Source of the DNA: Octopus sinensis
Taxonomy: Eukaryota
DNA length: 64,000 bases
Direction of reading: 5' to 3'
NCBI RefSeq assembly: GCF_006345805.1
Contig: NC_042999.1
Coordinates: forward strand, 34,472,001-34,536,000
Below are positions 1 to 11,643 of the stretch, piece after piece; positions within the stretch are counted from its first letter, which is position 1, and each line of letters starts with the position of its first letter. The position numbers and the translations under genes were made by a program. The notes beneath the pieces were generated by a model. It was not told where the DNA came from. It made no database searches and saw nothing but the letters and a program-made list of their open reading frames with translations.

Positions 1-153
1 AAAAAACACCGTTTATCTATTCAAAATGAACAATTAAATTACACCATCTAGAAAATTACATATAATAGAAATATTAAAATTAAAATAACAATAAAATATC
101 AATGATTAAGTAAATTGCAAAAAAATAATAAAAACGTATTTAATTGGCAGAAT

Positions 154-255
154 AACGACACATGTTTCGTGGCTATATTTAAGAACTGATTATAGTAAAA
201 AAAATTAATAGTGGTAGTAAATCACATCGATATAAATATAGCCACTCATCAGGTT
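154..255 (-). ncRNA. Type I minimal hammerhead ribozyme (Penelope pLTR/retrozyme class), intact core
   Basis: Minus strand reads aac-CTGATGA-gtggctatattta-(51 nt)-taaatatagccac-GAAA-catgt-GTC-gtt: full catalytic core, perfect 13-bp stem II, near-palindromic stem III, GUC triplet and 3-bp stem I. Confidence 0.85.
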
Positions 256-267
256 TATGTGTTTACC

Positions 268-403
268 TGTAAGAAGCTTCCTTCCCAACCAGATGGTTGC
301 GGATTCATTCCCTCTGCGTGTCACCTTCTGCAAGTGTCTTCCACTGTAGCCGACCAAAGCCTTCTCAGTGGATTTGGTAGACGGAAACTGAAAGAAGCCC
401 GCC

Positions 404-445
<42 letters not shown>

Positions 446-650
446 GTGTGTGTGTGTGTGTATGTGTGTGTATGTGGGTATTTGTGTGTCTGTATTTGTC
501 CCCACACCATCGCTTCACAAACGATGTTGATATGTTTACGGCCCGCATCTTAACGGTTCGGCAAAAGTTACTTGTTCAATCAAATGCGGTGCTCCAGCGT
601 GGTCACAGCCAAATGACTGAAACAAGTGCAAGAATACAAGAATAAAAGAA
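268..650 (+). mobile_element. tRNA-derived SINE (family with 'tttggtagacggaaactgaaagaagccc' core and 'gcggtgctccagc...aaatgactgaaacaagt' tail)
   Basis: Same modules recur at 5935-6385, 6590-6900, 15725-16110, 18075-18245, 33175-33385, 42110-42260, 45422-45712, 59155-59345 and 61037-61198. Confidence 0.8.
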
Positions 651-1544
651 TATATATATATATAAAAAAAGAGAGAGAGAGAGATGCATATCAGATATAA
701 GCACACACATGGTTAATAACTATTAACACACACTCACATTCGTATATATTTAAAGAAATTATACGCCCACGTTCACACATCATCCTACGCGAACACACAC
801 TCATGAATGCATATTAAACATGGACGCGCACCCACGCCTATACAACAGGAACAAACTCACCTATTCGCACACACTCACACAATTGATACACACACAACTG
901 ATATACATCCGCGTAATCACACATACACGATTGATATGCACCAGCATTTAACACGTATACATACAAGCTGCTCTCCCCCACTTCCCAGCTTACACGCATG
1001 CACACACACATGCACTGATATAACAGATACACACGTACAGGCATCAGACAGCACATCCACAGGCTCATGCAGCTTATATACACACGCGCCCACACACAAC
1101 CTTGTCGACCATAAGATGCAACGTCGTTGGAGCTGCACCAAATATTACCCAGGCAGTGATGCACCCCCAGGTTCCTGCCAGTCATGCGGCCCCCCAAAAT
1201 TCTCCTTCTTAAGGGATTTGGTGTCGCTGAATTCGATTTCAGTTCTAATAATACCATGTGACTCGGCTCTGACCAATAGTAGCTCAGTGACCGGTAGTAA
1301 CCTTGAACTTCCTGTGCATCTACATTCGGCCCTCCTGAGGCCGAAAACCTAGGTTTCTTGTAAAGAGCCTACGAAATTTTAAGTTGCATGGGGCCGAATC
1401 AAGTATTTTAAATAACAACATATGTAACTCAAACAGCATGCTGTGTCTGCTTCTTTCTTTTGTTTGTGCACTCCCATTTTTGTATCACCTAAATGTCTTG
1501 ATGTTTCGCGCTCTTGCTCCGTTTTTGTATTTTTTATATATAAA

Positions 1545-2253
1545 ATATGCCGGTGTACGTACACTTTGGTCTCTTATATGTAAGTATATTTATCTAAATT
1601 TTGTACGACTCTATTATTCTTTGTATCATTTCAGTCTTTCCGTCGTTCTATCAACCCTTTCACACTTCGTTCATCCCACTCTTCGTTCTTTCGTTTCCCC
1701 TCTCTCACATTTCCTGGCCTTCTCTTTATACTCACTTTCCCTCCTCTTTCATTTCACAGTGTCTCTTTCATTTTCTCGTCCCTCCTTAATTATTCTATCC
1801 CTCTGCCTCTACCTCCTTCTCTTCTCTCCCCAGGCCTGAGCTTTTTTTCTTGGTTCGACTACCATCCGTACAACATCCATATTCACCACTGTGCCAGTTA
1901 AATCCTATGTTCCTGCCGTAAGGCTTTACTTCCACACACGCCAGCTTAATTTAATTCGTCCTTAGTTGAAAAACACCTGTTGTTATGTCCTGTTATTTGT
2001 ATTTGTGTAACATTTCTCTGGGGTTGTTTTCTGTCTTTGTTTTAGTATACATTCGCTGCTTTCTGCCAAGGAATCTAATGCTCTTAGTTTAATTTTCACT
2101 TGGGGCTGGCCAGATTGGAGCTATCCCGAGTATAACCAGCCAAAATTGCAAAGATAATCTGGAACTCGAATGAGGATAGAAAACTCCGAATGAGCCATTC
2201 TAGTTTTCCTTGTGTCGTCTGTCTGGATGTTTTGCGTTCTTGTCCCATTTTTG

Positions 2254-2255
<2 letters not shown>
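1545..2255 (+). repeat. Dispersed ~710-bp pyrimidine-rich repeat, copy 1
   Basis: Collinear with 30501-31260 (shared 'ctgccgtaaggctt', 'ccacacacgccagct', 'acacctgttg', 'ggggctggccagattggagc'). Its 3' end (2221-2256) also appears just upstream at 1495-1530. Confidence 0.8.
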
Positions 2256-2284
<29 letters not shown>

Positions 2285-2392
2285 TGTGTGTGTAGAGAGA
2301 GAGAGAGAGGGGGAGAGAGGAGAGAGAGGGGGAGAGATGCACACACACACGTATATACATACACACGTACATACACACACAAATAGAGACAC

Positions 2393-2706
2393 GTCGTGGC
2401 TTAGTGGTTAAGGGTATTTCACTGACGATTCTATGGTCCTTAGTTGAATACACGGCGGCACCTTTTATCCTTGAGCTAGAACATTTTTGTTGGTACGGTC
2501 CCCTCAGATGAGAAGAGTGAGTAGTGTACGCAATTCGGGAGGGCCGGCTTTGTCACAACCAATGTTACACTGAAACTCCCTGGCAACTATGATAATGGTA
2601 TGTGTGTCTGTGGAGTATTTAGCTACTTGCATGTTAACTTTACGAACAGGCTGGTCCACTGTTCCGATCAACTGGGACTGTGGACGTCTTACTGTGAAAT
2701 GCCAGT
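2393..2706 (+). mobile_element. Decayed tRNA-derived SINE
   Basis: A-box-like 'gtggcttagtggttaagg' head; 3' part is homologous to the reverse complement of 31306-31460. Confidence 0.65.
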
Positions 2707-2737
2707 TGAATATATATATATATATATATATACATAC

Positions 2738-2774
<37 letters not shown>

Positions 2775-2810
2775 CATACATACATACATACATACATACA
2801 TACATACATA

Positions 2811-3185
2811 CAGGGGTTAGACAAAATAATGGAAACACGTAGCATCATAGCACCATAAATTTGAAATAACTATAAAAGCGTCAAAAGCTTGAATATTTTA
2901 ATGTTTTTTTAAATTTATTATTGTTGTTGCTGAATATGTTTTGCTACATTTGCTGTTTCTTTTCAGACATCACCAGAAAATGCTAATTAAGATTAATTAA
3001 AATATCACATCTATAGGACTTTCAAACAGGTCAAATTGTCGGTGTTCTAATGACAGACGCTAGCGTAACAAAAAAGAGCCGAACATTTGGTGTATAAAGA
3101 AGTAATGTCTCCAAAGAAACAACAGCATTTGAGAAAAAGGAACAAACCTCTTCGTCGAAACAAAACTCCGTAAGAAAACCATAAC
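2811..3185 (+). mobile_element. Tc1/mariner transposon 5' fragment (TIR + N-terminal HTH of transposase, pseudogenised)
   Basis: TA followed by the Tc1-type TIR 'caggggttagacaaaataatggaaacac'; 3017-3185 translates with a frameshift and stop to DFQTGQIVGVLMTDASVTK..FGV*RSNVSKETTAFEKKEQTSSSKQNSVRKP. Confidence 0.75.
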
Positions 3186-3552
3186 TTTGTATTTAATATT
3201 CAGTACAAAAATTTTATGAAGTAGCCAGCACGTAATAAAACATATATGTAATAATTAGTAATAAAAGATATAGGCATTAATTATTATAACTATATGTAAG
3301 TATAGTTATAATAATAACTGCACTAATGAATAGCGCCACATGCTAGAAATAGGCGTTAAATGTCTCTAAGAACTACAATTACTTGCTCCATTGGCATGGA
3401 TTGAAAGGGAGGCATGTGAATGAATTAGATTTCTTTAAAAAGGAATTTACCTATAGATAGATTTCCGGATAAGTGATGTAAAATCTCCCTATCGTCTTCA
3501 GTATAGTACGACCATTTGTGAACATCTGTATATAGATTTATAACGATAAACG

Positions 3553-3839
3553 TCGCCCCTTTGAAGCCTAATCAGGCTCACGGGCCCGGTTTCTGTGGTG
3601 TATGTGCTCACCCCAGCTGGACGGGACGCCAGTCCATCGCAGCGTTAATCAAGAAACAGGAAGAGAGGGTGAGAGAAAGTTGTGGCGAAAGGGGGTCGCA
3701 ACTACACCTTGCCGGAGGCTCCTGGAGTATTTTTAGGTGTTTTCGCTCAATAAACACACACAACGCCCGGTCTGTGAATCAAAACCGCGACCCTCCGACC
3801 GCGAGTCCGCTGCCTTAACCACTGGGCCATTGCGCCTCC
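3553..3839 (-). mobile_element. tRNA-derived SINE (head ggaggcgcaatggcccagtggttaaggcagcggactcgc)
   Basis: tRNA-like head with A box and B-box-like segment; homologous to 31306-31684. Confidence 0.8.
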
Positions 3840-4381
3840 TATATAGATTTATAGGTACCTGATATTCGTATTGGTATGTATATTCGTATTGGTATTAGAT
3901 TCCTTGGCAGAAAGCAGCGAATGTATACCAAAACAAGGACAAAAAAAACCCCAGAGAAATGTTACACAAATATAATTACTTGCAACTGGTCATACTGTAT
4001 TGATGAAGCTATGTGTATACATGTGTGTGTGTGTGCTTGTATACTTTTGTACAGAAATTTCACATAGCATTACATCTTCCATATATGAATATGTTTTTCC
4101 TCCTGCAAATATATTTCAGACGAACATATAATATAATAAGCTAAATGTTTGCCATAATGCATTAGTTTATTACACGTGAAATATCTCATTAGAAAGAAAT
4201 TTATACTATTCCATAATATATTAATTTTTTTTTTTTTTATTAAAGTGCTGTTGATACAGTTATTAATACTATGGAGCGCTTAGTATAAATTGAAACTTTG
4301 CTGAAAATTGTTTAATCTGTAACCTAAATTATTCTGTATCTTGACTTTGTTTAGGAATAATTTGGGTTTTCCACGATATTG

Positions 4382-4425
<44 letters not shown>

Positions 4426-4550
4426 TAAACACACACATATCTATCTATCTAACTATCTATCTATCTATATATATATATATATAATATATATATATATATG
4501 TATCTATCTATCTATATATTTATCTCTCTCTGTCTCTCTCTCTCTCTCTC

Positions 4551-4604
<54 letters not shown>

Positions 4605-5016
4605 CATATTCATATATACATATATACATAATTATAATTTTTAAAAAACTGTCTGTGATTTCAAGGTTGTTTATACTTCTTGCCAAGTCAAATAGACGTG
4701 TAAAATTTCCTTAGTTCTTTCATGAAGAGCTTAATTTCAACATCAGATATATGCAGCGGAATGATTTTTGAGTAATTGAGGAAATAACAACTAGAAGACA
4801 GATATGGCATCTATCCCATTTTGACTAAAAAAAATTTCACGTGTGTGAAGCTAGCAGCTTGCAGATTGTGTATTAATGGTTATTATGAAATCCACCAAAT
4901 ATGCACTTATGGTTTTGCAAGTAAGCTCCTCGTGGTTTTACAAGTTAGCTCCTCATAATACGTGTGTGTGTGTGTGTGTGTGTGCGTGTGTGTGTGTGTG
5001 CGTGTGTGTGTGTGTT

Positions 5017-5052
<36 letters not shown>

Positions 5053-5054
5053 GG

Positions 5055-5509
5055 AATATTAAATTTCTAAATATCTCATAGAGATATGTACGGTGGTGGA
5101 GCGATAGAGCGGTTGTATACTGTCAACTTAACGTGACAGTCCTGTAAGGGAATTACACCACCACTGTTTAGCCCCAGGAAGCATCGACGCTTCCTGTCGG
5201 CCTTGACACATTTCCTGCGTCCTTATATATTTACGAAGGGGAGACAAATAACCTCAACAGCTAGGCCTGCATCTAACATGCATGTCTCTAGATGCAGGCG
5301 GAGCTGTTGGAGGTGTTTGTCTCCCCTTCGTAAATATATAACGACACAGGAAATGTGTCAAGGCCGACAGGAAGCGTCGATGCTTCCTAGGGCTAAACAG
5401 TGGTGGTGTAATTCCCTTACAGGACTGTCACGTTAAGTTAACAGTATACAACCACTCTATCGCTGAACCACCGTACATATCTCTATGAGATATTTAGAAA
5501 TTTAATATT
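5055..5509. mobile_element. ~455-bp near-perfect palindromic MITE/fold-back element
   Basis: Left and right ~220-bp arms are reverse complements with a few substitutions; centre contains 'acatgcatgt'; flanked by (TA)n. A fragment of the right arm recurs at 6449-6487. Confidence 0.9.
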
Positions 5510-5513
5510 GGTG

Positions 5514-5571
<58 letters not shown>

Positions 5572-5612
5572 TAAACACACACATATCTATCTATCTAACT
5601 ATCTATCTATCA

Positions 5613-5645
<33 letters not shown>

Positions 5646-5660
5646 CATATTCATATATAC

Positions 5661-5700
<40 letters not shown>

Positions 5701-5778
5701 GTATATATATATATATGTATATATATATAATATATATATATAATATATATATATATATATAGATATATATATATATAT

Positions 5779-5854
<76 letters not shown>

Positions 5855-5934
5855 GTGTTTTCTGGCCTTTTTATCATTATTTTTATAGATAATGATAACT
5901 TATTTGAATTTCATATATGCATATATATTCTTTT

Positions 5935-6079
5935 ATTTTGTTATTTGCTTCAGCCATTTGAGAGTAACCAGGATATATACTTTCCAAGCCTAGTTCTTAT
6001 TCTATCGGTCAATTTTGCCGAACCGCTAAGGCACAGGGACGGAAACACACCAGTATCGGTTGTGAAGCGATGGTGGGGA

Positions 6080-6119
<40 letters not shown>

Positions 6120-6171
6120 CACATACTCGCACACATGCATACACACACACACACAAACAAACACCCACATA

Positions 6172-6216
<45 letters not shown>

Positions 6217-6385
6217 TATATATATATACGACGCGCTTCATTCAGTTTCCGTCGATCAAATCCACTCACAAGGTTTTGATCAGTCCGAGGCTATAGTAGA
6301 AGATACTTGTCCATGGTTCCACAAAGTGGGACTGAATGCAGAACCATGTGGTTAGGAAGCAAGCTTCTTACCACACACCCACGCC
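5935..6385 (-). mobile_element. tRNA-derived SINE, near full length, with internal microsatellite
   Basis: Reverse complement of the 268-650 family modules. Confidence 0.8.
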
Positions 6386-6389
6386 TGCG

Positions 6390-6452
<63 letters not shown>

Positions 6453-6589
6453 GACTGTCACGTTAAGTTGACAGTATACAACCACTCTCTCTCTCTCTCT
6501 CACACTCTCTCTCTCCCCCTCTCTCTCTCTCACTCTCTCTCTCTCCCTCTCTCTCTCTCTATATATATATATCTCTATCTATATATATA

Positions 6590-6649
6590 CATCTTGGGCA
6601 AATGCCTTGTGAGTGGATTTGGTAGACGGAAACTGAAAGAAGCCTGTCG

Positions 6650-6686
<37 letters not shown>

Positions 6687-6900
6687 CTGTGTGTCTGAGT
6701 TTGTCCCCCTAGTATTGCTTGACAACCGACGCTGGTGTGTTTACGTCCCCGTCACTTAGCGGTTCGGCAAGAAAGACCGATAGAATAAGTACTGGGCTTA
6801 GAAAGAATCAGTCCTGGGGTCGATTTGCTCGACTAAAGGCGGTGCTCCAGCATGGCCGAAGTTAAATGACTGAAACAAGTAAAAGAGTAAAAGAGTAAAA
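6590..6900 (+). mobile_element. SINE 3' portion (core + tail)
   Basis: 'gccttgtgagtggatttggtagacggaaactgaaagaagcc' ... 'ggcggtgctccagcatggcc' ... 'aaacaagtaaaagagtaaaaga'. Confidence 0.85.
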
Positions 6901-6921
6901 GATATATATATATATGCATAT

Positions 6922-6957
<36 letters not shown>

Positions 6958-7124
6958 CAACTTATATTTAAAGGGAGGTAAACAGTCATTGTTATCATTT
7001 GAAGTAGAGGAGGTAATAACCCTGTTAGTTATGGTGACTTGATTACCATTTATATTATGAAGTTATAAATTTATGACTTAAAATATTTACACAATCCAAA
7101 ATTGTTTCATATATGCACTCTCAC

Positions 7125-7630
7125 TAATTAACTCTACCCTTTCTCATTAACTGTTGTTTTACAGAAGTTGTTCCATTACATTGGTAAATTACTTTAAAAA
7201 ACTCGTGATGTTTGGTTGGAGATTCGCCGCACCTATCCCTATCTATTAACAATATATATCTATATCTTGGAAAACGAAGTTGTTCTTTTTGCTGCTTTGT
7301 TATCCCTCCGCGTGACATTCTCATTTGATTCATACAGATGTGTCCACATTCTGAATAAGTTATTACACAGATTAATGTTTCGGACACACAGATAAACTCA
7401 GTCTTAATTTTAAATATTTGTCCTTATTTAAAGTGGAATTCACAAACTTGCGATGGTTCACAGTTAAATTGACCGCAACTTTTAACTCCTGATTTCTTTG
7501 TTGGGTATAATTTCACCGCTGTCAGTATTCCTTCTGTACTTTTCGTTGTATTTTCATAACCTTTGATGAATTTGTGTCTGTAGAATTTTGTTCATCTTAG
7601 GGTCTGTAGTGAACATCGGTATACTATTAA
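7125..7630 (-). pseudogene. Decayed Penelope-like element: linker and GIY-YIG endonuclease remnant
   Basis: Minus-strand translation (..DPKMNKILQT..GVKSCGQFNC..GQIFKIKTEFICVSETLICVITYSECG..EQLRFPRYR..DRCG) aligns by eye with the C-terminus of the 19.7-22.5 kb Penelope (GDPKMNRILET..AVRKCRRPNC..TNFTCASENLIYVITCAGC..SQIRNPDYR..DRCAG). Confidence 0.7.
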
Positions 7631-7655
7631 TTATCAATAACTAATAATATCAACT

Positions 7656-7980
7656 GGTAATCAGAAATATTAGAAATTTCCATTACCAGTGGCCTAGCGT
7701 GTATAAATTTAGTGAATAGACTATTTGCTTCAAAAAAGTCTGAGACCATTGGTCCAGGAGTTAGATGGTAAAAGTTTTTATTTTTCATTCCCTTCGAAAT
7801 TTTATCCCTAATAGTGGTTTACAATTTAACTGTTCTTTCTAGCGTGAAAGGAGTCCTATGATGGATACCTCTTATGTGTTTAAAAGAGCGCTGTAATTAT
7901 ATAAATAATATATAGTCTATTGACTAAATTTTTACACGCTAGGCCATTGGTAATGGAAATTTCTAATATTTCTGATTACC
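7656..7980. mobile_element. MITE with ~69-bp terminal inverted repeats
   Basis: 7656-7724 is the reverse complement of 7912-7980 with about 3 mismatches. Confidence 0.85.
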
Positions 7981-8085
7981 CTTTGATATTATTAATGATG
8001 TTATACTAATTAATCTTATGTATTGGCTTAAGTTTTTCATTGTATGGTTTGCCTAACAGTGGTTTTATCTCTAATTTAATATATT

Positions 8086-8221
8086 AGGTTGTCCCAAAAG
8101 TTCGTAAACACTTGCGAAAATTGAATTTTTACTCGCCCAGTACTAACAAAAACAACAAAAATTATTCCTCAAAATAAAGACCATTATTTTCCAAGACTTT
8201 CTACGAACTTTTGGGACAACC

Positions 8222-8222
<1 letters not shown>
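8086..8222. mobile_element. Mariner-type MITE (MADE1-like TIR)
   Basis: Perfect 21-bp TIR aggttgtcccaaaagttcgta (8086-8106) / tacgaacttttgggacaacct (8202-8222) in a TA context. Confidence 0.85.
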
Positions 8223-8315
<93 letters not shown>

Positions 8316-8330
8316 CATATATATATATAT

Positions 8331-8559
8331 TTCTTTATTGCCCACAAGGGGCTAAACATAGAGGGGACAAACAAGGACAGACAAAGGGATTAAGTCGATC
8401 ACATCGACTTCAGTGCGAAACTGGTACTTTATTTATCGACCGCGAAAGGATGAAAGGCAAAGTCGACCTCGGCGGAATTTGAACTCAGAACGTAACGACA
8501 AACGAAATACCGCTAAGCATTTCGCCCGGCGCGCTAACGTGTCTGCCAGCTCGCCGCCT
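8331..8559 (-). mobile_element. tRNA-derived SINE (aggcggcgagctggcag...gagttcaaattccgccgaggtcgac family)
   Basis: Reverse complement of 44301-44533; B box GTTCAAATTCC. Confidence 0.9.
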
Positions 8560-8611
8560 TACCCTTATATATATATAATATATATACACACACACACATA
8601 TATATATGTAC

Positions 8612-8715
<104 letters not shown>

Positions 8716-9563
8716 ACATATATATACATAATAAACAACGTGTAGTACGGTGCGCTGCAGAGATAAATCAGGGGTAAAACAGAAAGAACACGACAAGAAT
8801 CAGCATACGGAAAACTAATCGATAACATAACAAAAGGGAAACTTGACAAAACAAGATAGACGGATCGATCATTCGCAGCAGATTTCCACATCAGTCAGAG
8901 TCCGGAAAGTCCTAGCCGTTTCGCTCTCATTTATCCCTGGGACCACTCGAATCCAGCAAGTCCCAGACCATGTGTGTGTGTGTTGGTGTTTGTGCATGTA
9001 ATTGTGAAACGTTTAGCAGCGAAAGTTTGTACACCTTCCCATGGACAACCGTTTTCATGATCGAGCGCATAAGCAGAATGCCTTCTCCAAACGAAACATT
9101 ATTTTTAACTTAGCTTGTGAATATTATATTAATGAAAGGCGTTCTTTTAAGTTATTTGTTTCTTCTCGGTAATTTTCAATAGGTTCATTACTATATTTTA
9201 GATATATAGTTTCTTCTGTCAGAAATATCTGCTACGTCAGTTAAGCATTGAAATTTTCAGTTTTAGTAGTTGGGGAATATATTCTGAAACTTCCAGTTTG
9301 ATTAGATTTAACCCATTTCACATCTCGTACGTTAGTACATTAATTAATGTGTATTTATCAAAATGAATCACCGGAGTAATTTTTACTACATACATTTATT
9401 TATATGGAACTAATATAACGTTAGTTCTCACCAATTCCATTTATCACATTTGAAGATGTTTCTTACAAAGAGATACTTTATGCTATATACAAAACCAGAG
9501 ATTAAGGAAACTATTTGAGAGACTCTCCCTCTTTCTTGCTCTCTTTTTCTTTCTTTCTCTTTC

Positions 9564-9594
<31 letters not shown>

Positions 9595-9944
9595 CTTCCT
9601 TTCTCTATCTCAGACGAAGCGCTTTCTGCAACACGTAAGACCACCTGCCACCCTGTGACGATTTATATAACATAGATTGCTTCTCCTCTCATACTCATTA
9701 ATTAATTCATGATTTTCTATGTTGTTTATTCGGCAGCCCTAGTCTCTCTCTTCAGTTCAACTCGGCGTGATAAGATATACGTTAGTTTCTTACGTTACTG
9801 TTGTGGTTTAGCCATAGGTTAACTTTCATTACAGAAACTGTTCATCAAAAAAATTCCTATAAATGTTTTTTTTTTCCGCCAGTAGAAATAAGTCGTGAGA
9901 CGAAATAAAAAAAAAAAAAAAATTTAAAAGGTTTTTCCTGAACT

Positions 9945-11545
9945 TTTGTCTGATGAATTATGTCCAATGAATCTGGACCAAAACGAAGGCGAATTTTCAA
10001 ACAAAAACGAACTATACCTTTCACAGGATTAGAACAGATAACTTAGAGTTAGAAAGACTACATAAAATTGGAGTTATCCAAAAAGTGAAATATTGTCACT
10101 GGCTACCTATTTCTTTATTACCCACAAGGGGCTAAACACAGAGAGGACGTACAAGGACAGACAAACGGATTAAGTCGATTATATCGACCCCAGTGCGTAA
10201 TTGGTACTTAATTTATCGATCTCGAAAGGATGAAAGGCAAAGTCGACCTCGGCGGAATTTGAACTCAGAACAAAACGTCAGACGAAATACGGCTACGCAT
10301 TTCGCCTGGCGTGCTAATGTTTCTGCAGCTCACCGCCTTAAATAGTCACTGGATACCACCAACTGTGTACGTTAAGAAATTAAACGGTGGTAACATAGTT
10401 TCTAAATTGGAACCCTCTGACGCGTACCAACAAATTAGAGTAGACGATGAATGCTCCAGATACCTAACAATTAACACACATAAAGGACAGTATAAATACA
10501 GCAGGTTATCATTTGCCTTAAAAGTCGCAGCAGCTATTTTTCAACAGATTGTGTTTGCAGGTTTAGCAGACTGTGAATTCACAATTCCATGTCTGGATAA
10601 TATACTCGTAAGAAGCTAATCAAGGGACCAACCAGTAGAGCACATAAAATATTTGTTCATAAAAATTAGGGATTACTTTGAGTGTAGAAAAGTGTGGATT
10701 TTTTTTACCGAAAATAAAATATTAAGGAAAAATCGTAGACAGAAATGGACGTCGACCAGATCCGTCGAGGGCAGAAACAATTACAAGTATGCCCCTGCGA
10801 GAAATATAGCGACCTTACAAGCTTTTGGGGGACTGCCAAATTGATCTCAAAATTATATTGCTAATCTGCATAACGTAAGAACTCCACTAAATAATCGATG
10901 AAGAAAATATGTGTATTGGTCTGAAAATTCGACGAAATTTTAAGATTTATCAACATCGGATTTGGCGTTAGCACATTTCGATGCTTCAGTGGAGATTGTT
11001 GTAGCTTCATATACCTCTGACTAAGGTATAGGAGCAGTAATACTACATAAATATAAAGATTGTAACATGAAGACAGTTAGTCATGTCTCACGTTCACAGA
11101 TATCAGCAGATAATAATTACAGCCAGATCGAAAATGAGGCTCTAATGATTATTTTTGCCATAAAAATTTCAATAGTTTTACACGGTAGAAGTTGTCGGCT
11201 ACAGACTGATCATCGTCCGTTATTAACTATATAAGGGTCCCAGAAAGGAATCCCTACCCATACTGCTGCTAATAGGTTGTAACGCTGCAGTATTACATTA
11301 TTAAAATATGATTTAAAGATGGAACATATACCATCTATGCAATCAGGGCACGCTGATTGTTTATCAATCTGATTTTTTTAAATGCGAAATCTGCTGAAGA
11401 TACCGTGATTGTTGCTATGGGAGCAGAAAATTAAATTTAAGATGCTTTGTGTAACGTCATACATGAACTGCCAGTCACATTATAAGGCATAATATTACAA
11501 TCAAAGAATGATAAGTTCACTAGAAAAATTTCAGAAATGCCCAAT
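9945..11545 (+). pseudogene. Gypsy/Ty3 LTR-retrotransposon pol remnant (RT + RNase H, K02A2.6-like), interrupted by a SINE
   Basis: Peptides ELERLHKIGVIQKV, SHWIPPTVYVKK, SDAYQQIRVDDECSRYLTINTHKG..KVAAAIFQQ..LDNILV, and RNase H GIGAVILHK..NYSQIE.EAL..LQTDHRPLL..KGIPTHTA; many stops and frameshifts. Confidence 0.9.
10108..10339 (-). mobile_element. tRNA-derived SINE with target-site duplication
   Basis: Same family as 44301-44533; flanked by aaatattgtcactggctacc (10088-10107) and aaatagtcactggatacc (10340-10357). Confidence 0.9.
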
Positions 11546-11643
11546 GCCAAAAGAGATAAAACTATGCGCAACACACATTCGTACACATTTTTAATGGGTG
11601 ACTGCTGTAACGTAATTTGTTACGTGCAATATATAACAAGACA

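Noticed and set aside
807-1352. 181-aa ORF
   Set aside because: The first half is degenerate CA repeat; no recognisable domain or splice context.
1322-1362. Hairpin ttcggcc-ctcctga-ggccgaa followed by GAAA, resembling hammerhead stem II
   Set aside because: No CTGANGA core upstream.
8905-8960. Minus-strand 'gagagcgaaacggctagg', resembling a hammerhead 3' half
   Set aside because: The 5' core and stem II partner could not be found.
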